Assembly: GCA_041674185.1 (NCBI GenBank)
Contig: JBAYWE010000002.1
Coordinates: 2,233-66,232, forward strand
Length of the DNA: 64,000 nucleotides
Source of the DNA: Minisyncoccota bacterium
GTDB taxonomy: Bacteria > Patescibacteriota > Minisyncoccia > UBA6257 > JAGOQP01
Direction of reading: 5' to 3'
The notes below the pieces were generated by a model that did not search any database, had not been told where the DNA came from, and saw only the letters and a list, made by a program, of their open reading frames with translations. Of the stretch, positions 20,604 to 30,371 are shown in pieces. Positions within the stretch are counted from its first letter, which is position 1. Each line of letters starts with the position of its first letter. Made by a program: the position numbers and the translations under genes.

Positions 20604-21056
20604 CTATTTATGATTCTCAATTTTTTCATAGAGATAGTTTTCTAGATTCTGAACCTTCTCACTATTATCTTTCGATATATCGTGCCACTCGATTGACTTG
20701 GATGATGATTCAAGTGTTGCAAGTATGGTTATTGAGGTAGTGTTTTTGTTGGATGCATCAAATATGATGTTGTATTTGTATCGAGTTGTGAGTGCACCAC
20801 CAACCAAACCAACCTGTGTAGATCCCTGAATATAATCTGTTTGGATTTTTTTATTCGCTTTATCCTGAGTGGCTATGGTTATACGTTCAGCAAGCAACAC
20901 ATCCTGAACTGATTTCCATACCTCATCAAATGATTTCTCATATGTTTTTTTCGGTGTATATCCCTCAGTTGCGGAAGGGAGCGTTGCCGAACCAACAGTA
21001 AAACAAGAACACAACAAGACGCTCATGAGAGCGGAAGCTAACACTAATCGTTTCAT
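20604..21056 (-). CDS. Putative lipoprotein
   Basis: Signal peptide with lipobox-like LLCSC; small alpha/beta domain. Confidence 0.65.
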   Translation of the reverse strand: MKRLVLASALMSVLLCSCFTVGSATLPSATEGYTPKKTYEKSFDEVWKSVQDVLLAERITIATQDKANKKIQTDYIQGSTQVGLVGGALTTRYKYNIIFDASNKNTTSITILATLESSSKSIEWHDISKDNSEKVQNLENYLYEKIENHK

Positions 21057-21172
21057 AAAGACTCCTTTGTATTGAGCAATGCATAATCAAAGATGGGCCA
21101 CACATCTGGCATCGCTATTTGCAGACGTATAGCGTTCGTTATTTTCTTTCACACATAATTTTTAAAACAAAA

Positions 21173-21310
21173 AAAGGACGCAACTTTCATTACATCCTTC
21201 TTCGAGGCACTGGCATGCCTGTGCACAAAGACGTAAGAAAGCGCGTCCATCTCGGACGCACCTTACTTGCTTGTTCTTGTGCACGTTTAACTTGCCAGTT
21301 TTCGAAGAAG
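21173..21310 (-). ncRNA. Candidate structured leader or antisense RNA
   Basis: Five nested helices (9, 7, 8, 5 and 6 bp) spanning 21197-21310, plus an alternative pairing followed by a U-run on the minus strand. Confidence 0.5.
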
Positions 21311-21514
21311 AACAACGCAGTAAATGCGTTAAAATATTATGTTAAAAAACTCTCTGAATTTCCTTGGATTAATTTTCGATTCACATTAAAAGTAACAAAT
21401 ATTTGAATAAGATATTAACAAAAATGTATCGCAATTGATTTTCACCACATGAGTTGCTCTTTCAAGCAAATTCTCATTCCTTTTTTTGCGATACAGGCAC
21501 TATAAAATTACATT

Positions 21515-21808
21515 ATGGAATATGACATATGTAAAAAAATTCCCAACCTCTTACGCAAATACCGTAAAGCTAACGGATATAAACAAAAAGATGTTGCGCG
21601 GATTTTAGGAATAAAAAGTTCGAGCAAAATTTCACGATGGGAGAAAGGAGAGTGCATTCCCAATCTGGTGAATGTTTTTAAAATATCCATTCTCTACCGT
21701 GTTATGGTCGATTCATTATTCATCGATCTGCTTCGTCAATTAAGAATTGATGTGAATAAGCAAGAACAAGAATATTCACACAAAAAGCAATTGACGATTC
21801 GGCGTTAA
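21515..21808 (+). CDS. XRE helix-turn-helix protein
   Basis: LRKYRKANGYKQKDVARILG...ISRWEKG...PNL. Confidence 0.88.
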   Translation: MEYDICKKIPNLLRKYRKANGYKQKDVARILGIKSSSKISRWEKGECIPNLVNVFKISILYRVMVDSLFIDLLRQLRIDVNKQEQEYSHKKQLTIRR

Positions 21809-21824
21809 TCGAAACAACTCCTCA

Positions 21825-22439
21825 ATGCACGATCTACGATCAATAAAATCAGGAGAGTGGTTTTGGATTGATAAATCTATTATTTGGAAACATGCCTCTA
21901 CAATTGGATTTTCTGCATTTGTAATCTATGCCTTTCTTGCAAGTATGGCAGATGAAAACCAAAGCTGTTATCCATCACAAAAATATATTGCTGATCATTT
22001 AGGGTGTTCACGAGCAACAGTCAATCGAGGAATACAAAAACTTGCTGATCATAAACTCATAACTATCGAAAAGAAAAATAAAATTCATCATCGTTATTAT
22101 CTTTTGCTCACTGAGCGTTTCACTGGTGATACACAGGTGTTGCATGGGTGCAACCAACCAGTATCAAAAGTTGACACTAACAAGACTAACAAACAAGAAA
22201 TAAATAACAACATAGTTGTTAGTGTGACAAAAGAGAACACCCTAGCAAACGAAATAGCAAATACGCTCAATAGTCATGAACACATAAAAATATATCAACA
22301 GTTGGTACATACCTATCCTGAAGCATTTTTAAGAAAGATACTAGCAGAAGTAAAACTAACCCCGCTCCATAAAATTAAGAAAAGTCGGCACGCATTATTT
22401 ATATATCTCATTCGTTATTATGCTCAATCACACACATAA
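21825..22439 (+). CDS. HTH protein, phage/plasmid replication-initiator-like
   Basis: CYPSQKYIADHLGCSRATVNRGIQKL is typical of replication-initiator N-terminal winged HTH domains. Confidence 0.7.
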   Translation: MHDLRSIKSGEWFWIDKSIIWKHASTIGFSAFVIYAFLASMADENQSCYPSQKYIADHLGCSRATVNRGIQKLADHKLITIEKKNKIHHRYYLLLTERFTGDTQVLHGCNQPVSKVDTNKTNKQEINNNIVVSVTKENTLANEIANTLNSHEHIKIYQQLVHTYPEAFLRKILAEVKLTPLHKIKKSRHALFIYLIRYYAQSHT

Positions 22440-22935
22440 TATTTTCTCGATGGTATTAGGGACGCGATATATCGGAGTCGCAATCATGAAAGGATCAGAC
22501 CTACAAGATTGGTTTGTAAAATCCTTAAGTGGAAAATCAGTAAAAGAAAAAATCACATATCTCATAGATATTACAACAGATTATTTACAACGATTCAACA
22601 TTGACGCGTTCGCAATCAAAAAATTACATCCATCACGAAGTTCTCCAACGCTTAATAAACTCAGTGAATCGATAAAGTCAGTTGCCCGAAATGAACATCT
22701 TTCTATCATAGAATATCCGATCTCGACCATAGAACGATCACTCCTTATTGGTAAAACAAATAAAAAATTATTAATCGATGAAGTGCTGAGAATCTATCCA
22801 GTCATCTATCACGATTATGAACGAGAACAGAAAAATAAAAACAGATATCTCACGAGAATGTTTGAAGCAATTGCATTAGGAATCGTATGCAATCAAGCAC
22901 TTGATTCGAATAAAAGAGTCATCACCAATTCTTAA
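22420..22935 (+). CDS. RuvC-like protein, degenerate active site
   Basis: Paralogous to the next gene (LGTRYIGVAI...MFEAIALG) but lacks the first Asp and the Glu. Confidence 0.6.
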   Translation: MLNHTHNIFSMVLGTRYIGVAIMKGSDLQDWFVKSLSGKSVKEKITYLIDITTDYLQRFNIDAFAIKKLHPSRSSPTLNKLSESIKSVARNEHLSIIEYPISTIERSLLIGKTNKKLLIDEVLRIYPVIYHDYEREQKNKNRYLTRMFEAIALGIVCNQALDSNKRVITNS

Positions 22936-22947
22936 AAAATAATTACT

Positions 22948-23451
22948 ATGAAAAAGCAATCATTACAAAAAGTTCTCTCAATTGATCCGGGGACAAAACA
23001 TTTAGGGGTTGCGTTTTTTGAAGGGAAAAATCTTATCTATCATGGAGTAAAAATTATCAAGCATCTCAAATCTCCAGAAGAAACATTACAAGAAGGGAAG
23101 AAGCTTATTCTTCGATTAATTACTGATTATAAACCTGATGTGTTGGTTGTCGAAAAAACATTTTTCTCAAATAACAGAAACTCTGCTCTGCTCAATGTAT
23201 TCGCCGATGAAATACAATCCGTCGGAAAAAGAAAAGGATTGATCGTAAAATCTTTTGCCGCAAATACAGTTCGAAAACAAATTTGTGGAAATGGTTCTGC
23301 AAGTAAAGACGAAGTTGCAAAAGTAGTCGTCTCACTCTATCCCGAACTCAAACCCTATTTAACCTCTGATAGAAAATGGAAGGAAACATTCCATCGAAAT
23401 ATGTTTGATGCAGTCGCTTTAGGATTATTGATTGTAAATCAATCAGCATAA
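22948..23451 (+). CDS. RuvC-like Holliday junction resolvase
   Basis: LSIDPGT, PDVLVVEK, VRKQICGNGSASKDEV, FDAVALG. Confidence 0.85.
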   Translation: MKKQSLQKVLSIDPGTKHLGVAFFEGKNLIYHGVKIIKHLKSPEETLQEGKKLILRLITDYKPDVLVVEKTFFSNNRNSALLNVFADEIQSVGKRKGLIVKSFAANTVRKQICGNGSASKDEVAKVVVSLYPELKPYLTSDRKWKETFHRNMFDAVALGLLIVNQSA

Positions 23452-23453
23452 CT

Positions 23454-24248
23454 ATGATCCCCTACTTTGGTGGTAAATCATATTTGGCGGATTGGGTGAT
23501 TTCTCATTTCCCAGAGAACTATAAAAACTTATCCTATTGTGAAGTATTTGGAGGAGGAGGGTGGGTGCTCTATAAAAAAGAACCTAGTCGCATTGAAACA
23601 TATAATGATCTCAATAAAAATATTGTTAATCTGTTTCGAGTCATTCGAGATCGTTTTCCTGAATTTAATCATCGAGCGAATTGGTCGTTACACAGCAGAG
23701 AGTTATTTCAAGAAGCGAAAGCAAAATTACAAGATGATAAAACACTAAGTGATATTGAACGAGCAATTCATTACTCAATTCTACAAACACAATCATTCTC
23801 CGGAGATGGTCATTCATGGACATATCGTGTATCTCCCAGTCATGTGTTTTCTGGAAAATGGTTGCCTCTGTTGAAACGACTTGAGTTAATCAATATTCGA
23901 TTGAAGCGTGTGCAAATCGAATGTCTTGATTTTGAAAAAGTAATTCAAAAATATGATTCCAAAGACACACTCTTTTATCTTGATCCTCCATACTTCGGGA
24001 AAGAAAAATATTATCAGAAAGAAGAGGTCTATTTCGGAAATGAAGATCATATACGATTAGCAACTACGCTCCACAATATCAAAGGAAAATTTCTTCTCAG
24101 TTATTATGATCATCCCAAAATCAAAAAGCTATATCGTGGAAATCGTATTGTGCAAAAATGCATTCCTAAGTATGGATCTAAAAGTAAATTGGTAGAAGCG
24201 ATTGCTACAAAACCACGAGCGAAAGAAATACTTATTATGAATTACTAA
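23454..24248 (+). CDS. Dam-family DNA adenine methyltransferase
   Basis: PYFGGKS, EVFGGGG, YNDLN, FYLDPPY. Confidence 0.92.
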   Translation: MIPYFGGKSYLADWVISHFPENYKNLSYCEVFGGGGWVLYKKEPSRIETYNDLNKNIVNLFRVIRDRFPEFNHRANWSLHSRELFQEAKAKLQDDKTLSDIERAIHYSILQTQSFSGDGHSWTYRVSPSHVFSGKWLPLLKRLELINIRLKRVQIECLDFEKVIQKYDSKDTLFYLDPPYFGKEKYYQKEEVYFGNEDHIRLATTLHNIKGKFLLSYYDHPKIKKLYRGNRIVQKCIPKYGSKSKLVEAIATKPRAKEILIMNY

Positions 24249-24392
24249 AACATATTCTGAATTGTATTTCGTGCAATGACGCTTTGGATAATTTATTGGT
24301 AAATACATATATTTAAGATATGCATGTATTGTTCTGGTTTTTGTTAGAATCTATTGGCTCTAGTAAGAAAAGAAGAAACTTAACGGGGGCGT

Positions 24393-25163
24393 ATGCGAAT
24401 TAAAATTTATGCCTGGTCTTGTGTAACATTCCTTTTGGTGATGACACCACTGCAATACATTGCACAACAGCATACGCTCGACACACTTCACTATGAACTT
24501 CCCGAAATATACAGTCATGATCAGATTGTAAAACATTTTGCATTCACGTTACGGTATAACGAAGCGCATGAACAATCTGATTGGGTTGCGTATCGATATA
24601 CTAAATCAATGACTAATAAGAAATATCCGCGCACGAATAAATTCCGCATCGACCCAATAGTAAAGACTGGATCAGCCACTCCGTCAGATTATAAAAATAC
24701 TAAGTATGATAAAGGGCATCTAGCACCATGCGATGATATGCGCTGGTCAAAGCAAGCGGAATTAGAATCGTTTCTCATGAGTAATATGAGTCCCCAATCA
24801 CATGCGTTTAATGCGGGTATTTGGAAACGACTCGAAGGAATGATACGGAAATATGCAATCGCATTAGATACCATTTATGTTGCAACGGGTCCCATACTTG
24901 AAAAAGGACTGCCATCAATTGGCAGTAATAAGGTTTCTGTTCCAAAATATTTTTATAAAGTAATACTTGTGTATCGTGAACATAGTAAAGGTGCAATTGG
25001 ATTTATTCTCCCTCATGCACAATCAAAGAAAGATCTATTATCATTTGCTGTCCCGGTTGATTCTGTTGAGAAACGAACGGGAATTAATTTTTTTGCTTCG
25101 TTGCCTGATAGTATTCAAAATAAATTGGAATCAACTTTTCAAAAAGATTTTTGGAGAAATTAA
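24393..25163 (+). CDS. Secreted DNA/RNA non-specific endonuclease (NucA/EndoG family)
   Basis: YDKGHLAP, SNMSPQ, FNAGIW-LE, VPKYFYKV; hydrophobic N-terminus. Confidence 0.92.
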   Translation: MRIKIYAWSCVTFLLVMTPLQYIAQQHTLDTLHYELPEIYSHDQIVKHFAFTLRYNEAHEQSDWVAYRYTKSMTNKKYPRTNKFRIDPIVKTGSATPSDYKNTKYDKGHLAPCDDMRWSKQAELESFLMSNMSPQSHAFNAGIWKRLEGMIRKYAIALDTIYVATGPILEKGLPSIGSNKVSVPKYFYKVILVYREHSKGAIGFILPHAQSKKDLLSFAVPVDSVEKRTGINFFASLPDSIQNKLESTFQKDFWRN

Positions 25164-25205
25164 TATCAGGTTAGGTATATATCATTAACAAATAATGAGG
25201 AAAGC

Positions 25206-25709
25206 ATGGCAGCAAAAGATAGTATTCCGTTTGCTCACTGGTCACATCTCAGTGAGGGCTTACAAGAATCTTCCATGAAGTTTTACCAAGCAACTGAAGA
25301 AGCAATTAAAAAGCGTCAGATACCAGATATCAAACTCTCACGCATTGATTATAGAGAAGGAGGATTATTCTCAGCGAAAAGAGAATATCTCCGAGTAAAA
25401 TGGAAATCATATATCTTTGATATTTGTGCCGCACCATTTGGAACTGGATTTTTTATATCATGGTGGCTAGGACAAAAACCATCCGCACTAATGGCGCTCG
25501 TCTATATGATTCCGTTCATTGGACCTTTAATGGTGCGTTCATTCAAACCGGAAACATATTATCAACTCGATACGACGCAGATGTTTCAAGAATCAATTCA
25601 TCTTGCCGTCTTAGAAGTATTAGATCAAACAACACAAGCAAGCGGACTTCGTTCTCTCTCCGAGATGGAACGAAAACCAATCATGCAAGATGTGTTAAAG
25701 AAATCGTGA
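25206..25709 (+). CDS. Membrane-associated hypothetical protein upstream of the coupling ATPase
   Basis: 167 aa, one hydrophobic segment, GAGG RBS, 10 bp from the next gene. Confidence 0.7.
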   Translation: MAAKDSIPFAHWSHLSEGLQESSMKFYQATEEAIKKRQIPDIKLSRIDYREGGLFSAKREYLRVKWKSYIFDICAAPFGTGFFISWWLGQKPSALMALVYMIPFIGPLMVRSFKPETYYQLDTTQMFQESIHLAVLEVLDQTTQASGLRSLSEMERKPIMQDVLKKS

Positions 25710-25719
25710 GAGTTTCTGA

Positions 25720-28700
25720 ATGCAGTATGAATTGATTGAAGAATTAACAAAGCAATTTTACGAATGGGAACAACGGGGAAGAGGTTGGGATTTATGGAGC
25801 TTTCCCGTTGATCCTGAACCACCGTTTATTCCGTTCTATTATCACAGCGCAGAGAAAGTCGTGCAGATTGATGATGGACGAAAACCAACACTTCTCAGTT
25901 CATTTGCCGATACATTAAAACGTGTATTACTTCCAAGTGAATCTCAAGATGCTCATAAGAATCAAACAATTGAATATCGAAAAGAAATTTTACCACAACC
26001 ATTCACCCGCAGTGATGATATTCAGGAAATAAAAATTGTATTACCGCACGACTATAAGATGGATGCAGAATATCTTGAGCAGTGTATTCTTGGCATTACT
26101 CTTCATACATCTTTGATCAGTTTCGAAATAGTAGGATCGTATGAATCCATAACCATCCAGTTTGCTTGTTGTGCACATGACACAATACATCTTTCTCAAC
26201 AACTCAAAGCATACTTTCCTGAATACACACTCTCAGTATCTGAGAATTCATTTTATGATACATTTTTCCCAGATGAAAATGATGATGTTGCGGTAATCGA
26301 TTATGGATTGTCTGAAGAATTTATGAGACCAATTCGTGTGTATGATTCTTTTGACCCCGATCCTCTCACCGGAATAATTGGAGTATTAGATAATCTACAA
26401 GAAGGAGAAACTGCGCTCTTACAAATACTTTTTACTCCAGTAGAAGCTCCATGGTCTTCAAGTATCATGCGATCAGTTATGACCAGTTCAGGAGATTCTT
26501 TTTTTGCCGATGCCCCGGAAATGGTAAAACTTGCTCATGAAAAATGTAAGTCCCCTCTCTTTGCAGTTAACATGAGAGTATTAGGAAAAGGAATAAATCA
26601 ACATCGTTCATGGGAAATTGTTAAAGCTGTATCAAGTTGTTTGAGTTCATATACACTGCCGCAAAGCAATGAGTTAATTCCTCTCACAAATCAGGATTAT
26701 AATCCTATTGCGCACTATGAAGATGTTATCTTACGGCGAACGAGACGAAGTGGGATGATTCTCAATAGTGAAGAGTTGATATCACTCGCTCATTTTCCAT
26801 CTGCATCTATAGTTTCTAAAAAACTTCGAGGGCAAAATCAAAAAAGTATTCTCGCACCTAATACCTTAGCTGGACATGACTATATACTTGGTGAAAATAT
26901 TCATAGTGGAACGTCACATGAAGTATCACTGAGTCATGAGCAACGATTGCGACACATCCATATTATTGGAGCTACCGGCACCGGAAAATCGACTCTGTTA
27001 CGATCACTCATCACACAAGATATAGAACGTGGACTTGGCATAACGGTATTAGATCCTCATGGAGATTTAATAGAATCGATTCTTGAGCAGATACCAGAAG
27101 AGCGTTTTGAAGATGTGATTGTATTTGATCCTAGTGACGAAATGCATCCGATTGGATTTAACATTCTCGAAGCAAAAACTGAAGTTGAAAAAAATGTATT
27201 ATCATCTGATCTGGTTGAGATATTCAAAAGATTTTCTACCAGTTGGGGTGATCAAATGAGTGTGGTTTTAGGGAATGCTATTTCAGCATTTCTGGAAAAC
27301 TCACGTATTGGTTCATTGATGGATTTACGAAGATTCCTAATCGAGAAAGATTTTCGTGAGGAATTTTTGCGTGATGTTTCGGATGATCATGTCATCTACT
27401 TTTGGGAAAAAGAATATCCCCTCTTACGCGGATCGGCATTAAGCTCAATCCTCACACGACTTGATTTTTTCTTGCGCCCTAAGCTGATAAGAAATATTGT
27501 CTCTCAAACGAAAGGAATTGATCTTAAAGAAATTGTTGATCATAAAAAAATACTTTTAGTAAAACTTGCTCAAGGAATTATTGGTGATGAGAACGCCTAT
27601 CTGTTAGGATCATTGCTCGTATCAAAACTACACCAAGTCGTTATGCAACGGCAATTACAAAATAGCCATGAACGCACACCCTTTTATTTATACATAGATG
27701 AGTTTCAAAACTTTATTACGCCATCCATGAAAGCGATGTTATCCGGTGCAAGAAAATATCATATGGGACTAATCCTTGCGCATCAAGATTTACATCAGTT
27801 ATCGGAAACGGATACCGGGCTTGCTAATTCCATTATATCAAACGCAGGAACGCGCATTTGTTTTCGTGTCGGTGATTTTGATGCGCAGAAATTAGAAAGT
27901 GGATTTGCACATTTTGATTCAAACGATTTACAAAATCTGAGCATTGGTGAGGCAATCGTTCGTGTTGAGCGATCTGATTATGATTTTAATCTAAAAACAT
28001 TTTTACCAAGCTTGAAAAATACCGAAGAAGCGCACAGAACTAAGCAAGCAATCATCGATCTTTCCAGAAAAAAATATGGTGGAGTTCCTGCTGTAATTGA
28101 ACGAACAAAACAGGAACCACAAATATATTCCATACCGCAGACATCGATAAAGAAAGATGTCCCTAAAAAAGAACCTATTGAAATCCCGAAACGGAGTAAT
28201 GATACAATTCGAACTCAGAGCGAAGATCAAAAGAGCATCACCTATCATAGATATTTACAAACATTAATAAAACGATTAGCGGAACAGAGAGGATATAAAG
28301 CTGTTGTTGAAGAACAGACAATTGACAAACTTGGACGTGTTGATGTTGGACTTGAGCGAGATGATGAAAAAATCGCATGTGAAATTTCTGTAACCACAAA
28401 TGATGATCACGAGATAAAAAATATTGAAAAGTGTTTTCAATCAGGGTACCAGAAAGTATTATTCTGCTCACCAGAAAAGAAGCGTCTTGATTCAATAAGG
28501 AAATTGATAGTTGAAAAGTTAGAATCAGTATTATGTGAAAAGGTATTTTTCTTTTTGCCTGATGAATTGGTTTTGTTCTTTGAGAATGAAACTATAGGTA
28601 AGGTCAAACAGCAAAGTGAAAATATCGTGAAAGGATACAGAGTAAAGGTGGAATACAAAACTATTTCCGAAGCTCAAAAAAAAGAGAAACAGGAAGTAGT

Positions 28701-28749
28701 AAGTGGAGTTGTCGTTAATGCGCTGAGAAGATTGAAGGGAGAAAAATAA
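25720..28749 (+). CDS. VirD4/TraD-like (HerA/FtsK superfamily) ATPase with C-terminal PD-(D/E)XK-like domain
   Basis: HIHIIGATGTGKS, LDPHGDL, LYIDEFQNF, ARKYHMGLILAHQ; C-terminal GRVDVGL...IACEIS. Confidence 0.85.
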   Translation: MQYELIEELTKQFYEWEQRGRGWDLWSFPVDPEPPFIPFYYHSAEKVVQIDDGRKPTLLSSFADTLKRVLLPSESQDAHKNQTIEYRKEILPQPFTRSDDIQEIKIVLPHDYKMDAEYLEQCILGITLHTSLISFEIVGSYESITIQFACCAHDTIHLSQQLKAYFPEYTLSVSENSFYDTFFPDENDDVAVIDYGLSEEFMRPIRVYDSFDPDPLTGIIGVLDNLQEGETALLQILFTPVEAPWSSSIMRSVMTSSGDSFFADAPEMVKLAHEKCKSPLFAVNMRVLGKGINQHRSWEIVKAVSSCLSSYTLPQSNELIPLTNQDYNPIAHYEDVILRRTRRSGMILNSEELISLAHFPSASIVSKKLRGQNQKSILAPNTLAGHDYILGENIHSGTSHEVSLSHEQRLRHIHIIGATGTGKSTLLRSLITQDIERGLGITVLDPHGDLIESILEQIPEERFEDVIVFDPSDEMHPIGFNILEAKTEVEKNVLSSDLVEIFKRFSTSWGDQMSVVLGNAISAFLENSRIGSLMDLRRFLIEKDFREEFLRDVSDDHVIYFWEKEYPLLRGSALSSILTRLDFFLRPKLIRNIVSQTKGIDLKEIVDHKKILLVKLAQGIIGDENAYLLGSLLVSKLHQVVMQRQLQNSHERTPFYLYIDEFQNFITPSMKAMLSGARKYHMGLILAHQDLHQLSETDTGLANSIISNAGTRICFRVGDFDAQKLESGFAHFDSNDLQNLSIGEAIVRVERSDYDFNLKTFLPSLKNTEEAHRTKQAIIDLSRKKYGGVPAVIERTKQEPQIYSIPQTSIKKDVPKKEPIEIPKRSNDTIRTQSEDQKSITYHRYLQTLIKRLAEQRGYKAVVEEQTIDKLGRVDVGLERDDEKIACEISVTTNDDHEIKNIEKCFQSGYQKVLFCSPEKKRLDSIRKLIVEKLESVLCEKVFFFLPDELVLFFENETIGKVKQQSENIVKGYRVKVEYKTISEAQKKEKQEVVSGVVVNALRRLKGEK

Positions 28750-28834
28750 AATATATTATTGTGTGGCTTTGCATCAGTAATTATGTATTTATTATAGACT
28801 AAACAATACAAAGTAATCAGGATTAATATGGTGA

Positions 28835-29407
28835 TTGAAGATGGCAAAAATTAAAAAAATAAAAAGAAATCAAATATTGATTAAGAACTATGGATTATTC
28901 TGGAAAAAAGATGATGTCTTTTGGGGAAAACAAAGAGCTACAGGTAGACTATTAGGAATACTTGCTGGAGCAAAAAGATCTGACACAGTTGATTTCAGAA
29001 ATCAGGTTGGAATTTATGTGCTCTATGCTGATTATAAGATTGTTTATATAGGTCAAGCAGGAAATGGAAATGCAAAACTTTTCGCTCGTTTAAAAAATCA
29101 TTCACGTGATGATCTTGCTGGTAGATGGAATCAATTTTCATGGTTTGGTTTAAACTGGGTTACAAAGCAGCATAAATTATCAAGTGATATAGCTCGTCTT
29201 TTCCCAAAAACGCTCTCCGTGCTCAATCATATAGAAGCAATATTAATTCATGCAAGTGAACCCCCTCTTAATCGGCAAGGGGGAAGATGGGGAAAGGAAG
29301 TTCAGAGATATCTTCAGTATAGAGATGCCGAATTACTTGGAAAATCAGAAACAGAACTGTTAAAAGAAATTCACAAGAAAATAAAAAATATTGGGACAGC
29401 ATCTTGA
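28835..29407 (+). CDS. GIY-YIG nuclease family protein
   Basis: GIYVLY...VYIGQA...LFARLKNH...IEAILI...PPLN. Confidence 0.85.
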   Translation: MKMAKIKKIKRNQILIKNYGLFWKKDDVFWGKQRATGRLLGILAGAKRSDTVDFRNQVGIYVLYADYKIVYIGQAGNGNAKLFARLKNHSRDDLAGRWNQFSWFGLNWVTKQHKLSSDIARLFPKTLSVLNHIEAILIHASEPPLNRQGGRWGKEVQRYLQYRDAELLGKSETELLKEIHKKIKNIGTAS

Positions 29408-30330
29408 AAGAAATTATAATCGACATCGGCGACAGCACTAGAAATGAATTGAGATGGTTGGCGTTTTATCGTTCTCTAGAATCCAAATCTATCAAAAAAG
29501 GTAAGCAGGTAATTATTGATTTTGAAAACGTCACGTTTATTATACCTTTCTGTTTGCTTGGTCTGTTAGCATTTATTAAATCTACATTTGAGATCACTCA
29601 AAAAAAAGTTAAGCTAATAAATATTTCTTCAGATAAAACAATATACCAATACATGGAAAGGGTAGATTTTTTTAAGTACACAAAAAAATATTGTACCATT
29701 ATTGGTGATTATACTGATGTAAAATTGTGGGAACGAGATAATGAAGCTAAAAAGGTGCATGGAATTATTGAGGTAGAAAAAGATCCAAATAAGAGTGCTA
29801 AAAAAGTAGCACTAATCATTGATGACCTACAGAACAGATATAAACATATTCTTGATTTCTTTTCTACAAATCATAAAAACGCAAACATCTTCTTTACTAT
29901 ATTATCTGAGATTACTGCCAATATTCCCGATCATAGTAATTCAAATGGATACTTATTGATACAGAGATGGGAGAGTCAAGCTAAAGGAAAAATTTTCACT
30001 AGTCTTTCTATCATTGATACAGGTATTGGAATAAGAAGAAGTCTTCAAAAACAAATAAAGACTCGTAATAGGAAGCTTCCTAAAAATCTTGATGGTGATT
30101 CTGATTTTTTAAGATATGCTTTTAGTGAAGAAGGTACTCGAAGTGGAGCGGGACTACATAGTGTTGTCCGATCTCTTCACGAATGGAACGCAAACGATAC
30201 TGCCTTATTGGTTCTTTCTGGTAGTGGCATTATGTACAAACCCCAAGGATCTTGTGACATAACATTCATCGAAGAAGAACACTACTTTCAGGGTACCCAT
30301 GCAACAATTTGGTTTTATGGAGATATTTAA
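29404..30330 (+). CDS. STAS-like plus HATPase_c (GHKL) protein
   Basis: IIDFENVTFI (STAS-like); SEITANIPDHS (N box), IIDTGIGI (G1), GAGL (G2), FQGT. Confidence 0.75.
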   Translation: MKEIIIDIGDSTRNELRWLAFYRSLESKSIKKGKQVIIDFENVTFIIPFCLLGLLAFIKSTFEITQKKVKLINISSDKTIYQYMERVDFFKYTKKYCTIIGDYTDVKLWERDNEAKKVHGIIEVEKDPNKSAKKVALIIDDLQNRYKHILDFFSTNHKNANIFFTILSEITANIPDHSNSNGYLLIQRWESQAKGKIFTSLSIIDTGIGIRRSLQKQIKTRNRKLPKNLDGDSDFLRYAFSEEGTRSGAGLHSVVRSLHEWNANDTALLVLSGSGIMYKPQGSCDITFIEEEHYFQGTHATIWFYGDI

Positions 30331-30371
30331 ACTTGACAATCATTTCTAGAATACCTACCTTTAAGTAGAAG

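Noticed and set aside
22420-23451. TnpB/Cas12-like RNA-guided RuvC nucleases
   Set aside because: Proteins are about 170 aa with a contiguous RuvC fold, no zinc finger or REC/WED region, and no transposon ends.
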